This document shows, one piece after another, positions 14,071-26,918 of a stretch of 64,000 nucleotides of DNA; position 1 is the first letter of the stretch; each line of letters opens with the position of its first letter. The stretch covers positions 353,710,001 through 353,774,000 of the forward strand of contig OZ024742.1 of NCBI GenBank assembly GCA_964016885.1. Reading direction: 5' to 3'. This DNA comes from Eledone cirrhosa (Eukaryota). The notes beneath the pieces were generated by a model. The model was not told where the DNA came from and did not search any database. It saw only the letters and a program-made list of their open reading frames with translations. A program made the position numbers and the translations under genes.

Positions 14071-16265
14071 TAACTAAATATACTACATTTTAAATTTATA
14101 TTTATATTTAAACGTTGAGTTCAATCTATGTCTGCAGCAACGAATAAATTGCTCCTTAAATTAAGGGAATTTTTAGATTTTAATATAAAGAATATCTCCT
14201 CCACGCAGAGGTCACATGTCTCAGATGAGGAATTAAAAGGAATCCCTCTTGAGACTATATTCCAAAACATCGAATATCCAACGTTATCATGTTTAAGTTG
14301 CCAGAGTAAGCCTGATAGTGAAGTTGAAGATTTTTTGTTTGGATCTGTGAAAGAATCCTTATGATTATTATAGCGAAGTTTAAATTCTGTCGAGGTGGAA
14401 CCAACATAGTTAAAAGAATTTAAGTCAGTTTTAACATTACAATTGTATATTATATTTTTAACTAAGCAATTGTTATTTAACGGACATTTAGATTTATTTC
14501 TACAGTTACAGTTGTTTAATTGAATATTGTTTAGGCTATTATCGGTATTTTGGCTAGGTTTTAGATTCCTATTATTTATTCTGTTAATACTTTGTGCTAA
14601 ATTTTTGGTGGACGAGTAAGTTAATTTTATAGTATGTCTATTAAAAATTGAGTGATATTTATGTGTTCTAGGGAAGAGTTTGTCAAGAGCATTAAAAAAC
14701 AGTTTAGCAACGTGCGTTTTAATATTTAGTGAGAAGGGGGGGGGGAAATCATATTATATTTCTAGTTCTATTTCTTTTCTGGCTTTTGGAATTATTGTAA
14801 TGCTTTCTATTATAGTTGTTAAAGTTGTTACCGTAATTAAAATTGTTGTTATTTTGGTTAGTTTGCCTATTATTATCGATATACATAATTGTATCACTAT
14901 ATCCTGCTCTAGCTAACGCTTCATTGTAATACTTCGCTTTTTCGTCGAAAATATTTTTATTATATGAAATTCTTGAGATACGTTCTTGAACAGAGTTGGG
15001 GTGATTAGAGTTAAAACTGACATAATTCAAGTTTTCATTTAGTTTGTGAAATGGATAGTGAAGACATGTGTTGAGATTTAGTGTTACATCCAGAAAATTG
15101 ACTATTCTATGGTTATTCTCTATTTCTATTTTTAGATTAAGGTAATTAAAAAAATTGTATAATTTGTTTTCTTTTTCTATTTAGTTCAGAGTTAATATTT
15201 TCAATAATTAAAAGCATGTCATCACGATATAATCCACGATATATGCAGCGAATTAATTATAAATAGGCCCACAAGGTCCGTTACCTGAGCTGAGTCAGAT
15301 GATCCCATAGTAATGTCGAAATTATTATCTCTATCTGCCCTAGTCCATAGTTGGTTATTAAATTATATCAATGTTTTCCTTGCCGATAATATAATGTACA
15401 TTGCATTGCTAGTTAGGTCTGTATGTTTGAATGCGTAATTTAGTGCCTTATTTAGTAGATTAGGGGTAATAGATGAATAGTAGTTAGCAATATCTAGTTG
15501 AATAAATTTATTATTATTGTTATATTTAATTTCTTTAAAGCACTCAATAACCTCACCAGTTCCCTTCCACAAGTTTAAGTTAGGTAAACCATGTAAGTTT
15601 TTAATTTGCTGTATCACCCTGTCTAGGATGTTTTTGCTAAGTTTACCCAGGTCAGATTTCGATGGTGCAATCAATCTGACTGGCAAATCATTTTCAAAAT
15701 TTCTTTTGTGATCTTTCATATTGATCTTGGGTTTCCTAGGCAAGAAGGGTTGTGTTTTGTTCTCAATTTCCAACTCATGCATTATACAAGATGCCTCAAC
15801 ATTCATTTTCTCCAGTTCGTCCTTATCTGCTACTTTGTACTTTTTCCTTAGTTCTTTCAGTATAAGGCCATTATACATGTCTTTTTGCACTTCATAAAGG
15901 TTGTTGGTTTTGTCCGATTTCACCAAGATCTTCTCTGTTCTCTCCAAGCTTTCAATATTATCCTTAATGATTCTTAGATATTCCTGGCCTTTGAAGTTTC
16001 TCTTGAATTTAACTCCTTGTATGATAGAAATTATATCGTTTTCAAAATCCATTAAAAGTTTGTTGGGGGGTGGATTTTTTTTAGATTTGAAAACTTTATC
16101 TAAGTCTGAGACATTTTCATTTAGATTAGATTTATCAAAGTGGAAGGCACGCCACATGATTCTTCTTATAAAAGAGTCTGATTTTTCTATTAATTGTTTA
16201 ATAAAGTCTTTGTTCTTAGGTAGAGGTATGTCTTTTAGAGAAGAAGATATCTTAAAGAATTCCAT
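14071..16265 (-). pseudogene. PLE RT-GIY-YIG polyprotein, disrupted
   Basis: SDKTNNLY; KDHK..RLIAPSKSDLG; FIQLDIANYYSSI; FDITMGSSDSAQVTDLVGL; GLYRDD (about 15215-15235); linker CNCRNKSKCPLNNNC; NIIY..YVGST..RYNNH; CDLC; terminal CRH. Contains a stop at 15363 and frameshifts. Confidence 0.9.
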
Positions 16266-16767
16266 TTTTTTCAGTTATAATATAAAGCGCTCAACAGTAT
16301 TGGAGCAAAATATATGCAAAAGTTTTATTTAAAATTGTTAGGTTACAACGAGTAAATATTTTATAACTGATATAAAGCACTCAACAACTCTAACTCTCTG
16401 TTTTCTCTTTATTTATGTTTTATTTCTCTCCGTCTCCTTAACACTATAACTAAATAAATAAATAAATAAATAATTACAGTACTCCCTCCCTCCCAAATCT
16501 CTCAATTTGTATGATGAATTATTATTATTCATCTGTTGCCTCAGCTGCCTCTCATTTTTCACATCCTCACTATTTCTCTCTCCCATATCTCTCTCTATCT
16601 CTCTTTGTTTTACTTTACATACATTTCTTCCTTTTCTCCGTCTTTCTTTCTAACTGTGCTTAACACTAAATATTTATAAACATTTCACTACCAAACCAAC
16701 TTCTCAAATGGAAGTTGATCAATATTTATGGTACGTCAAATGTATTTATAAAACTGCTTATATATTG

Positions 16768-16833
16768 TATTTTATCTGAAGAAGGCATGCCATATTTTTA
16801 ATATGGTATCCCTGAAATATGTATAATGAAATA
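16768..16833 (+). ncRNA. Hammerhead ribozyme in inverted pLTR of PLE A
   Basis: Same fold as 12422-12487 with loop III ATGT instead of ATAT. Confidence 0.75.
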
Positions 16834-16965
16834 AATATGGTTTTATAAATATAGTTTCCATTTGTTTAATATCGTATATATATATATATATATATTTATA
16901 TTTCTATATGTAAGTATGTATGTATACGTACATACATATATGTATACAGACGTACAGTAGCATGC

Positions 16966-16996
<31 letters not shown>

Positions 16997-17152
16997 TACA
17001 TAGAGGTACACATACATATATGCACGTATCAGTTTAGCGGACGCTTATTATAACGCCGCTTTGTTCGTTTGTAAACAAACTGAACAGCCTGCATTTATGC
17101 CGTACGGTGTTAAGGCAACCACGTCACCTTTTTGTCCAACACTGACACAGGA

Positions 17153-17195
17153 ACGATGTACTAGTTTCAAGCGTGTTAGCTATCATCAGCACCGT
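17153..17195 (-). ncRNA. Minimal type I hammerhead ribozyme
   Basis: ACGGTG-CTGATGA-TAGCTAACACGCTT-GAAA-CTAG-TA-CATCGT; 6-bp stem I, AGC/GCT stem II, palindromic CTAG stem III, GUA triplet. Confidence 0.85.
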
Positions 17196-17431
17196 ATACC
17201 CTTCTGCCAGATAGTTGAACGTTCGAAAGTATATACTTTCCTTATGAAAATTAACGGCTGAGCAGCCTAATTTGCATATCGAGTGAGTTAAGTCGGTCAG
17301 GCATACCGAAAACGATAAGTTGAAATAAAATGAAAACGAAATTTCATTTCTCACTCTTAGTACGGCGCTTACTTAAATGTAAGTATATATGTATACTTAC
17401 ATACATATATGTATACAGACGCACAGTAGCA

Positions 17432-17503
<72 letters not shown>

Positions 17504-17624
17504 TACATACAGGTACACATACATAAATGCAGGCTGTTCAGTTTGTTTACAAACGAACATAGCGGCGTTATAATAAGCGTCCGCTAAACTGATACGTGCA
17601 TATATGTATGTGTACCTGTATGTA

Positions 17625-17714
<90 letters not shown>

Positions 17715-17951
17715 CATGCTACTGTACGTCTGTATACATATATGTATGTACGTATACACACATACTTACATTTAAGTAAGTGCCGTACTAAGAGTGAGAA
17801 ATGAAATTTCGTTTTCATTTTATTTCAACTTATCGTTTTCGGTATGCCCGACCGACTTAACTCACTCGATATGCAAATTAGGCTGCTCAGCCGTCATTTT
17901 CAAAAGGAAAGTATATACTTTCGAACGTTCAACTATCTGGCAGAAGGGTAT

Positions 17952-17994
17952 ACGGTGTTGATGATAGCTAACAAGCTTGAAACTAGTACATCGT
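17952..17994 (+). ncRNA. Minimal hammerhead ribozyme copy with C3U change
   Basis: ACGGTG-TTGATGA-TAGCTAACAAGCTT-GAAA-CTAG-TA-CATCGT. Confidence 0.65.
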
Positions 17995-18150
17995 TCCTGT
18001 GTCAGTGTTGAACAAAAAGGGGACGTGGTTGCCTTAACACCGTACGGCATAAATTCAGGCTGTTCAGTTTGTTTACAAACGAACAAAGCGGCGTTATAAT
18101 AAGCGTCCGCTAAACTGATACGTACATATATGTATGTGTACCTGTATGTA

Positions 18151-18212
<62 letters not shown>

Positions 18213-19489
18213 TGCTACTGTACGTCTGTATACATATATGTATGTACGTATACATACATACTTACATTTAAGTAAGTGCCGTACTAAGAGTGAGAAATGA
18301 AATTTCGTTTTCATTTTATATCAACTTATATTTTTATATATATATATGTATACATATATAGTAATAATAAGAAATGTGAAGATTAAACAAACATCGGTTC
18401 TTTGTTTAAACTTTAATCTGTCATTTTAATATATATATAAATATATATATATAGGAACAAGTATGACACCGACAGCACAGCCCAAGCCGTTTCGACGGCT
18501 AATTCCGGACTAAATAATCATTTCTAGCCTAGTAAATAAATAGCTGAACTTCTCAGGGGTAATTCCTCATAGGGGAAGATAGAAATTGTCAAAAGGGTTG
18601 GACAACAATTTGTTGTAAAGACAGATGATTCTAACATGGCATTTAGTGGGAGGTAGGGGTAGCTGAACCTGCCGGTAGAAGAAAGAGGGAGTGGGGGAAA
18701 CCCAATCAAGCGTTGAAATTGAAATGTATACAGCAGATTCTAAGGATAGTGTATAGAAGGTCGAAAATAATGTACTCGAAAAGGGGAGGGGAGGTTGAAA
18801 GAATAGGTAAATCGAAAGGGAGTACACAAAAAAGGCATTATAAAAATGAGGAAATAAATATATGAAAAACAATTGCTGGTTACTAGTCCATCCCCACAAT
18901 CACCAAATCTCTCATTGGTATTGCTAAGCTATAGAAAAGTTTAATAGGTGGAGAAAAATACTAAATACGAGATTGTAGTGAAATAATTTTATGAAGCCGG
19001 CTTTACAGGGGGTCTAACACGACTGCTATAATTAGTAGTAATCAGCCAATACTATCTTACAATGACAGGGTAATAAGTTGAGAACAAACGATCTAAAATA
19101 CTACTACAAAAATACTAATACGAAATATTAATTCAGAATACTAATACTTAAATACCACTAATAAATTTAGAAATCACGGACATGGAGCAGCAACCAGAAA
19201 GAAAACAATTTACTGGGGTCTAACACATCTGCTATAAAAAGCGTAATCGGCCAATTCTATCTTAAAATTAAGGGGGTGGTGGTACTGAGGGTACAGTGGA
19301 CCGATGGGCTGCATCGGGTTGGGCGAAAAGTTTGGAAAAAAAGACAAGGAAGGAGATCTAGGGTGGAAGAACTAGAAAGGGATGGGTGAAGAAGGAAATA
19401 TAGCGGAAAAGATCAAAAAGTTACGTCTACCTTTGTAAGCAGGTTACCCCTTACAAAATCGGCAAGTGGGGTGATTCAGCCATTGTCAT

Positions 19490-21615
19490 CCCCACACCCC
19501 TGGCTCATTATAGGATTTGAGGGTGAGGTAAGTCCTACGCAATCTGTGTTTGCAGGCAGTTACCAGTTCGTCTTTCTTGTGTAGGAGTTGGTCCTTCGAA
19601 AACAGCATTGTAATGTTTCCTCCGAGCATAAGTTACACGGACGGCGTCCTCCCGTGTAACAGTTAGCTCTGGACAGTAAGCTCCAAGTAAGATTGTAGAT
19701 TATATTATCTTTGGGGTCCCAGAGGTGGCCCGAAAGTGTAGTGGCATGACGCCGGATCGGGTTTCGGAAAGTATGTCTGTGTATGTAGAGCCGGATCTTG
19801 TAGATAAAGGAAGTAAATCCTATATAAGCTTTGTTGGAGGTGTCCGTCCTCACATTGCACTGGTAGATCACATTACGATCTCGGCATCTGTAGTTGAGGG
19901 GGCAAATGTAACTACCAGGACAGTTACACCTCCTGTTAGACTCTCCACTGCTGTCTAGGTTATTTCTTCCATAGGATTTGAGTTTGTTGTTGTTAGAGGA
20001 AACGATGTTTTGTGCGAAGTTAGGTGTGGTGCTGTAGGAGAGTTTGATGGTGATTTTGTTGATTATGTTGTGGTAGTGGTGTTGTAGTGGGAAGTTTGTT
20101 TTTGATGAGCCTAAAGAAGATTTTCCCGATAGGTGTTGACACCTCGGCATTGTGGGGAGGATTGAACCACGTTACGTTGCGTGAGCGGCGGTGTCGCCTG
20201 CTGGGTCCGCTTATGGAAGCTGGATAATAGGATATTTCATCCCTGAAGCCACTCGGCTTGGGAGCCTGGTCGTCGAATATCTGTTCATTAGCGGACAAAC
20301 GAGATATACCGAAGGAGATGTTTTTAACCAGTTTATTGGTGATGTTCTAGGATGGTTCGACCGGCGGTGGATGTAATACAGGTTGTCGTTTGGTTTCCTG
20401 TATGGGTAGTACAGATCATTATCGAGGTTAAGGGTAATGTCCAGGATGTGTACACGGGTTAGGGACGTTTGTAGGGTTATTTTAAATCCCCAGTCGCGGA
20501 AGAAGCTGATTAATTGTTTATGTACACGGTCTGTACTACTGGTGTTCTACCCTTTGAGGGTAAGGAGCCCATCATCACGGTACCATCAACCGCCGAATGC
20601 AGGAAACATTTCGGTGAGTTTAAATAGTACGAATAATCCTATAAGATCTGTGACCTCAGCCGAATCCGTCGCGCCCATACTGACGTCGAAGGGGGAATCA
20701 GGAGCTCTCTTTATCCATTTGGAGTTGTCGAAAAGTAGAACTGTCTTCATGGCGTGGAGGATGATATTTATTTACTGGTCAGTGATGGGCGTGAGTGTTT
20801 CGGCAAAGTGCAAGGCGGCCGTAAGGAGCTGTAAAGTAATAGATGCATAGTAACTCTCTATGTCAAACTGGATGAATGTTGTGTCTCGTTTGTCCTCCAT
20901 ATTGCTGAACCATGAGATTATTTCCTGGGTGTTGACTTATAGGTAACATCTCGCGTTTTGCTTAACTTTTGGTATAACGCGGTCTAGGATTGTTTACTGA
21001 TTCTCTCTATATCGGACGTAGTTGGGTTTATAAGCCTGATTGATGGTTTACTGTCGAAGTCGGATGTGTGGTCCTTAAGTGTGAAGTAAGGAGTTCGTGG
21101 GTCTAGGGGTTCAGTGCGGTCGGCGACCCCGAGGCTGGAGGTAATTTGTTGTCCATCTAGATTTATGTATTCGATACTTAAATGGTTAGCCTTTTTATAG
21201 GTGGAGTTTAGGCTGCTCCTGATCAGTGTGTGGTATCTGTCGGGGTTGACGAAGTAGAGATTTCCAGTTGTGTCCGAGTGCACCATGATGTCGTTTGTAT
21301 TTTCATACTCCGTTAATTTGCTACGGAGATTTTGAGGAACCTGTTGTGTCTGGGTTTGAATTTAAAGCTCTTGACCAGTTGGAAATGTTCATTCTCGAAG
21401 GGTGAGAGCATAGCGTTTGGAGGGGGAGATTTGTAAGTATTAAATCCGAATCTCTCCTTGGTATCGAAGTCCTGATTGTCGCAATATCTGTCGTAGAAAA
21501 AAGTTCTCCATCTCAGTCTTTTCGCAAAGAGGTCGATTTTTTGCGTGAGCATCCGAAGGTAGAGTTTTCTCGGTGGGACTGGGATGTTCTTGGTGGAGAA
21601 GTCGATGTTGTGTTT
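19490..21615 (-). pseudogene. PLE RT-GIY-YIG polyprotein, disrupted
   Basis: SDTTGNLY; LKDH..IRLINPTTSDI; FIQFDIESYY; WYRDDG (about 20569-20586); VTWFNPP; CNCPGSYICPLNYRC; NVIY..AYIGFTS; CNLC. Multiple frameshifts. Confidence 0.9.
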
Positions 21616-22023
21616 TCGCCTGGTGCGGGTGAAAAAACTTGAGCTTAGCGGAAAAGTCTGGATAAGGCGTGGTAGTGTCGGAAAGTGCTCTACTACGGAA
21701 ATAGGAGCTAGATAACGAAGGAAATGTGGTAAGGAACCAGATGGACCATAACGCACCAAAGTACTAAATACATAGGGTAGTAGAGTGGGTAATAGGAACA
21801 AATATGACCGCGACGGCAGAGTTCAAGCCGTTTCGACGGCTAATTCTGGACTAAATAAGTATTTTTAGCCTAGTAAATAAATAGCCGAACTTCTCCCTCT
21901 TTGTTCTACCAGCAAGTTCAGCTACACCTACCTCCCACTAAATGCCATGATAGAATCATCTGTCTTTACAACAAATGTTTGACCAATCCTTTTGACAATT
22001 ACTATCTTCCCATATAAGGAATT

Positions 22024-22119
22024 ACCCCCTGAGAAATTCGGCTATTTATTTACTAGGCTAAACATTCTTATTTAGTCCAGAATTAGCCGTCGAAACGGCT
22101 TGAGCTCTGCCGTCGGGGT
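22024..22119 (+). ncRNA. Hammerhead-like ribozyme with variant core (CUGAGAA)
   Basis: ACCCC-CTGAGAA-..CGGCTA..TAGCCGTC-GAAA-CGGC(TTGAGCTCT)GCCG-TC-GGGGT. All three stems and a GUC triplet are present; position 8 is A. A decayed copy lies at 18466-18560 (minus). Confidence 0.6.
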
Positions 22120-23752
22120 CATACTTGTTCATATTACCCACTCTACTACCCTAAGTATTGAGTACTTTGGTGCGTTATGGTCCATCTGGTTCCTTACCAC
22201 ATTTCCGTCGTTATATATATATGTATATATATATATATATATATCTTTGTGTGTATGTGTGTGTGTAATTTCCTTAAGCCAGCAAAGACCACCTCGTCAG
22301 CCATTTAGAAATTAATAATTAGATTATACTCCATCCACACACTCTTTATTTTCGTTTTTCTCATCATTTCTCTCTTTCTCTCTTTGTATCTCTCTTTCTA
22401 TTTCTTGTTTCCTGTATTTTACCGCTTCTGTCCTTACCATTTTTATTCTCACATTTATTATATATCATATTGCAAGACAGTTCGCTGTAGACATACTTTC
22501 TGCTTTACTTTAACAGGACTATCATCCATAATATTTAATAATATTTCACTCAATTCCTTATGGCGAAGTTATTGCAAACGCCACTTTGTTATCATTGCTT
22601 CTAATGGTTTTAGTGTGAAACACAATGCTTTGTATATGCATCCATTATCATACTTATGTGAACTTATTGGGTCCTCGTTGTTTTGTGTCATCCATGGTGC
22701 ATTGGAGAACATAAACATGCTGCCTTTAAATGTACGCCAATGTTGTGATCTCTAGAGGACAGCTGAGACAACATTCCTGTTGAAAATCCATATGTTCAGT
22801 TAATTCTTGAAAATATATAAAAAATATTAATGTCTCAAATATCTCCATGAATGTAGAAATGTAGAAAAATGTAATGATAAGAAGGATTATAACATTCTTC
22901 CAACAGCGTTTCAAATAGTTAGTTTATTATCTGTCATAGTCACGAGAAATATTGGCTTTGTTCTCCGGTCTCGCTGGTCTTGCCGGCGTTACTCTTGCCG
23001 CATCCTCATCAACAGGTTTCCCTAAAACACAATGGATACCACTGAGTTCGAGTTACGTGACGCAACCTTTGAGACTAGAAACCTGTTCGTACTTAGCCCA
23101 GTAGACATTCCTTCTCTTTTCCATTCTACTGTCGTCAAATATGGCTATATCATATTGGATAGCATCCAATGAAACATGGCCTGTTTTTGTTTGTACAATT
23201 TTATGAACTAATAAACATTGCGGTTTTAAAATTGTCAGCTAACGTACAGCAATTTTATGATATTTCATATATCTCTCAGTTGATGCACACACACACACCC
23301 GCAGACACGCACAAACACACGTACCCCCCCCCCCCCACATATATATATATAGAGAGATAGATAGGTAGATAGGTAGATATACATATTCGTTTTATTAAGA
23401 ATAAATATCGGGTTTTGTTTCTCTGGAGATCCGCTTGGGTATCACGGGGTCATGTTGACCCTCTGATAAACAGGCGAAACTCTGGAGTAACAAGTTTGCC
23501 CTTCCTCAAAATGTGATGATCACAATGAGAAATAAAGATCTTATCAGTAATATTCTATTTAATTTTACGATTTTGGTGTAATGATTTTACTATGAATTAA
23601 CATGGAATATGTAATTATTTAGCTATTAATAATAAAAATTTAAAAACGATCGTAATAGTTGACACTGAATATTTACATCGGTATTGTGAACGTTACTTCT
23701 ACGGAAACACTTAAGTCTACACATAATAACAATGTTTGATATGGATGCTAAA

Positions 23753-23928
23753 ATTGTTTCTACCATTGGCACAAGGCCAGCAATTAAATCAGTGTATTAC
23801 TGGTACTTTATTTTACCGACCAAGCAAGGACGAAAGGCAAATTAACCTCGGCGGGATTTGAAGTCAGAATGGCAAGGGCCGTAACTATGCGTCAAAGCAT
23901 GGCATCCAACCGTCTACCGATACTGGCA
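23753..23928 (-). mobile_element. SINE family S1
   Basis: Reverse-complement S1. Confidence 0.8.
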
Positions 23929-24104
23929 CTGATTTTAAAATGTGGATAAACTAAGAAATATTAGAATAATTAACACCTTCATTTTCTTCAGTTTTATTAG
24001 AAAAAGAAAAAAAAAGAAAATTTAGATTGAGAAGAAAGAATGGAATGTAAAATAAGAAAGTATAAAGAAAACGGGAAAAGTAAGGAATGTCAATGACTGA
24101 TATG

Positions 24105-24245
24105 AAGGTAGCGAATTGACGGAACCAATGTCAGATATAATTCGTTACGGTATTCGTTCCGGCTCTATGCTCTCTGATTTCAAATCCTGCCATTCATCCA
24201 TTTGAGCTCGATAAAATGTACTAGTCTTGTACTGCAGTTGATTCT
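24105..24245 (+). mobile_element. Degenerate S1-like SINE
   Basis: TTCAAATCCTGCC..TTCATCCATTTGAGCTCGATAAAATGTACTAG resembles S1. Confidence 0.5.
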
Positions 24246-24477
24246 TCCTCTATATATCTTTCTCAATTCCATTCTGTTGCTCTTTGTATCCTGCGCCGTA
24301 TTCAGATCTGGAGAGGAGCTGGGCTCCGTTAGGCTTTTATAATGTCCTGAAAATGCCCTGAGTTAATATGGGACCCCTACAACTATCTCGGAATTTACGG
24401 GTCCATACGTGCATTCTTAAGGTGATATTCTGTGATGAGTCAAATATTCCTGTATAGATAGTCATGCTGTAGATAAT

Positions 24478-24657
24478 TGTTTCTACTTTGGCACAAGGCC
24501 AGCAATTACCCAGTACATTACTGGTAATTTATTTTATCGACCCCGTGAGGATGAAAAGCAAAGTTAACCTAGACGGGGTTTGAACTCAGACAGTAAAGAG
24601 ACGTAACTATGCTAGAAAGCATGGCGTCCAGCCCTCTACCGATACTGCCAATTCACC
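24478..24657 (-). mobile_element. SINE family S1 with TSD
   Basis: Full S1; 12-bp TSD GCTGTAGATAAT at 24466-24477 and 24658-24669. Confidence 0.9.
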
Positions 24658-24811
24658 GCTGTAGATAATACCATTTCTTTCATTTCCACGTCAGGTTTAT
24701 TAGTTAGTTCTTCAGTGATTATTTATATGTATCTCTGTTTCATCTTACTTCTAGTATTATGTTGTTGCTTCGTCTTTTCCTTTTCTCAGAACAGAACGTG
24801 TCATATTTATT

Positions 24812-24992
24812 GGCACGGTGGATTGGCAGTATCGGTAGAGGGACGGACGCCATGCTTTGCAGCAAAGAGCCACGGCCCTTTATACCGCCGAGGTTAACTT
24901 TTCTTTTCATTCTTACAGGGTCGATAAAATAATGTACCAGTGATACACTGAAATAATTGCTGGCCTTGTGCCAAAAGTAGAAACAATTATTA
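24812..24992 (+). mobile_element. SINE family S1
   Basis: S1 motifs with an internal deletion. Confidence 0.8.
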
Positions 24993-25114
24993 ATAACATG
25001 ACATCCACCAATATAACAGTATTAGAATAACTTTAACCTATAAAATATAAATATATATACAAATGCGTTTAAATGAACTTACCTTCTGATATGATATTAT
25101 AAGTGCAATGAATT

Positions 25115-25350
25115 TGGTGGGTGGAGTGACAGTATCAGTAGAGCGATCTAAACATGCTTAAGGGCATAGACTTAGGGCTCTTGACGTTTTGAGTTCAAGG
25201 TTAGCTTTTCCTTTCCAGGTCGAGGTTAGCTTTGCCTTTCAACCTTATGGGGTCGATAAAATAAAGTATCAGTTACGCACTGGGGTCAATTTAATTAACT
25301 TCCGCTCTCCTCAAATTGCTGGCTTTGTGCCTAAAGTAGAAACCATTATC
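25115..25350 (+). mobile_element. SINE family S1 (longer variant)
   Basis: GCCTTTCAACCTTATGGGGTCGATAAAATAAAGTATCAG..CAAATTGCTGGCTTTGTGCCTAAAGTAGAAACC. Confidence 0.8.
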
Positions 25351-26031
25351 ACTGCATGATAACACCTTCACCAATAATCAAACGTTATAACCCAAGGGTT
25401 GGTAATGGATTTTAAATTCAAGAACATTTGATTCATATAATATTCGTTAGTAATTGACTATGGATAATGAAATGTCATGCATTTCTGTTGCGAATTCTAA
25501 ATCAATATCTAAATATTCGAAAAGAACATCGCTCCCCAATTTGTCTCTTTCTTATGTCGTTCTAATCTACATATGGTCTTCAACTAAGTTCATCCTCTTC
25601 AATAACACTTTTGATATTTATATCTGGAAATGTCAACCTCTTGATTACTTGCTTTGGATGCCACAGCTCTAGCATTGAACTCTCGATCTTCAATAGGTAA
25701 GTAAATAAATTAATTTATATACCCGGAAAAAACGCTTTCGATCGTTGATGCGCACATAATGAAAGTAGAAACGCGGAATTTCTACTTTGACGTAGGTATT
25801 TTGTAAGACAGTTAATATAAATTATGGCTGAGATGCATGTCCACTTACAGTAAGTGTTCCTTTCATTTCATGGTCGACTATTTAATAACATTTGACAGAT
25901 AACATACAATTTTACACGCACTGGTATATCTAGGCTAAATTGAACCCACTTCAATTAAATACAACATTGCACTAAGATTAAAACCTTTGTTCATTACGCT
26001 TATCAAATAATACGGATAAACAACATTGGCT

Positions 26032-26274
26032 ATATGTGAAGCCAATAGTACAAGCAAATACCGGCGTTTATCCGGCCGCTTCCTTTTCGTACCAGTCACC
26101 GACAAGATGTCAGGCGTCCTCGCAACCCACACTGCCGAGTTCCTCCGCAACATTTGATCGTCGGCAGCCTGTTTAAGGAAGTACCCACGCGAGGTAGAGT
26201 GGCTTTTGTAGCAGGCGTCGCTGGCCATAATCGACAAAAGTTCCTTCGCAGTTCAGGCACAGCGTTCAACCTAA
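26032..26274 (+). mobile_element. CRE-like non-LTR retrotransposon, C-terminal RLE fragment
   Basis: Manual translation ICEANSTSKYRRLSGRFLFVPVTDKMSGVLATHTAEFLRNI*..PREVEWLL*QASLAII matches the KY..L..F.FVPV..E..G..FL..QR.SLAI tail of CRE-type elements. Confidence 0.6.
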
Positions 26275-26409
26275 ACACCGCCCCGCCCAAAGACTAGAGC
26301 TCATCAATCACTCCACTTCCCTTGCCTTCCCTTCCTCCTCAAGCCCAAGTCTCCTTTCTTTTTTCCTCGTTTTCCTCTCATTTACGTCATTTATAGCCAT
26401 TTCCCCTAG

Positions 26410-26608
26410 TTATCCATACAGCTAGGGTGGTCATCTGGCAGGTGCTTATCCCGGTTTCCTGGCATGAACCAATTTAGAGTACAGGTCTCCGCCCTGTACC
26501 ACACGCCATTTCATTGCACGATTAAACCCTCAACTATTTATGGCAGTCATTTTCAGCCGAGTAAATGGAGCAACGTGAAATAAAGTGTTTTGCTCAAGAA
26601 CACAAGCT
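26410..26608 (-). mobile_element. CORE-like SINE fragment
   Basis: Reverse complement reads TTGTGTTCTTGAGCAAAACACTTTATTTCACGTTGCTCC, the same domain as in 673-990. Confidence 0.6.
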
Positions 26609-26918
26609 CGTTATATTTAGAAGTTATGATCGTTATATTTATTACCAGATATAAATGGAGATTCAAGTTGATTTCGGCTCCAAATCTCCATAAAATTATA
26701 TTATCTTTAACTTTATGTTTTACATAATTTGAATTACATGACACATCTTCATTCACATACTGTAATTCTCCATCAAGATGTTATGGCGATTACAATGATT
26801 TCACTCGGGCAATAATAACAAACATAAGATTAAAACAAATGGGTAATATATATATATAGATCGTTATTACATAAGAGTTTCTCCTTCTTTACTCCTCTTT
26901 CTCCTCCCCTCTCCTCCT

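Larger units (their letters stand above)
12287..16877 (-). mobile_element. Penelope-like retroelement A (Hydra-clade-like), near full length, decayed
   Basis: RT plus GIY-YIG coding region. 16312-16387 is a direct repeat of 12287-12363; 16388-16877 is the inverted copy of 12378-12868. (TA)n at both ends. Confidence 0.9.
16895..18335. mobile_element. Non-coding about 470-500-bp tandem/inverted array with hammerhead and internal (TA)n (family C)
   Basis: Left arm about 16905-17524 (GTAAGTAT at 16910 and 17380); inverted right arm 17525-18332 (CATGCTACTG at 17715 and 18211). Each unit contains a variable (TA)n. Confidence 0.85.
18451..22213 (-). mobile_element. Penelope-like retroelement B (Hydra-clade-like), near full length, decayed
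   Basis: RT plus GIY-YIG coding region. pLTR at 18451-18690 with direct copy 21713-21895 and inverted copy 21896-22213; (TA)n at both ends. Confidence 0.9.

Noticed and set aside
14071-21615. Naiad-type selenoprotein PLEs with recoded stops
   Set aside because: The endonuclease is C-terminal, the conserved cysteines I checked are TGT/TGC, and the disruptions include TAA stops and frameshifts, consistent with ordinary decay.
23455-23495. CTGATAA..GAAA-CTCTGGAG-TA hammerhead-like motif
   Set aside because: No stem II or stem I pairing.
25670-25702. Candidate micro-exon ending AG/GTAAGT
   Set aside because: Isolated splice-like signals with no coding support.
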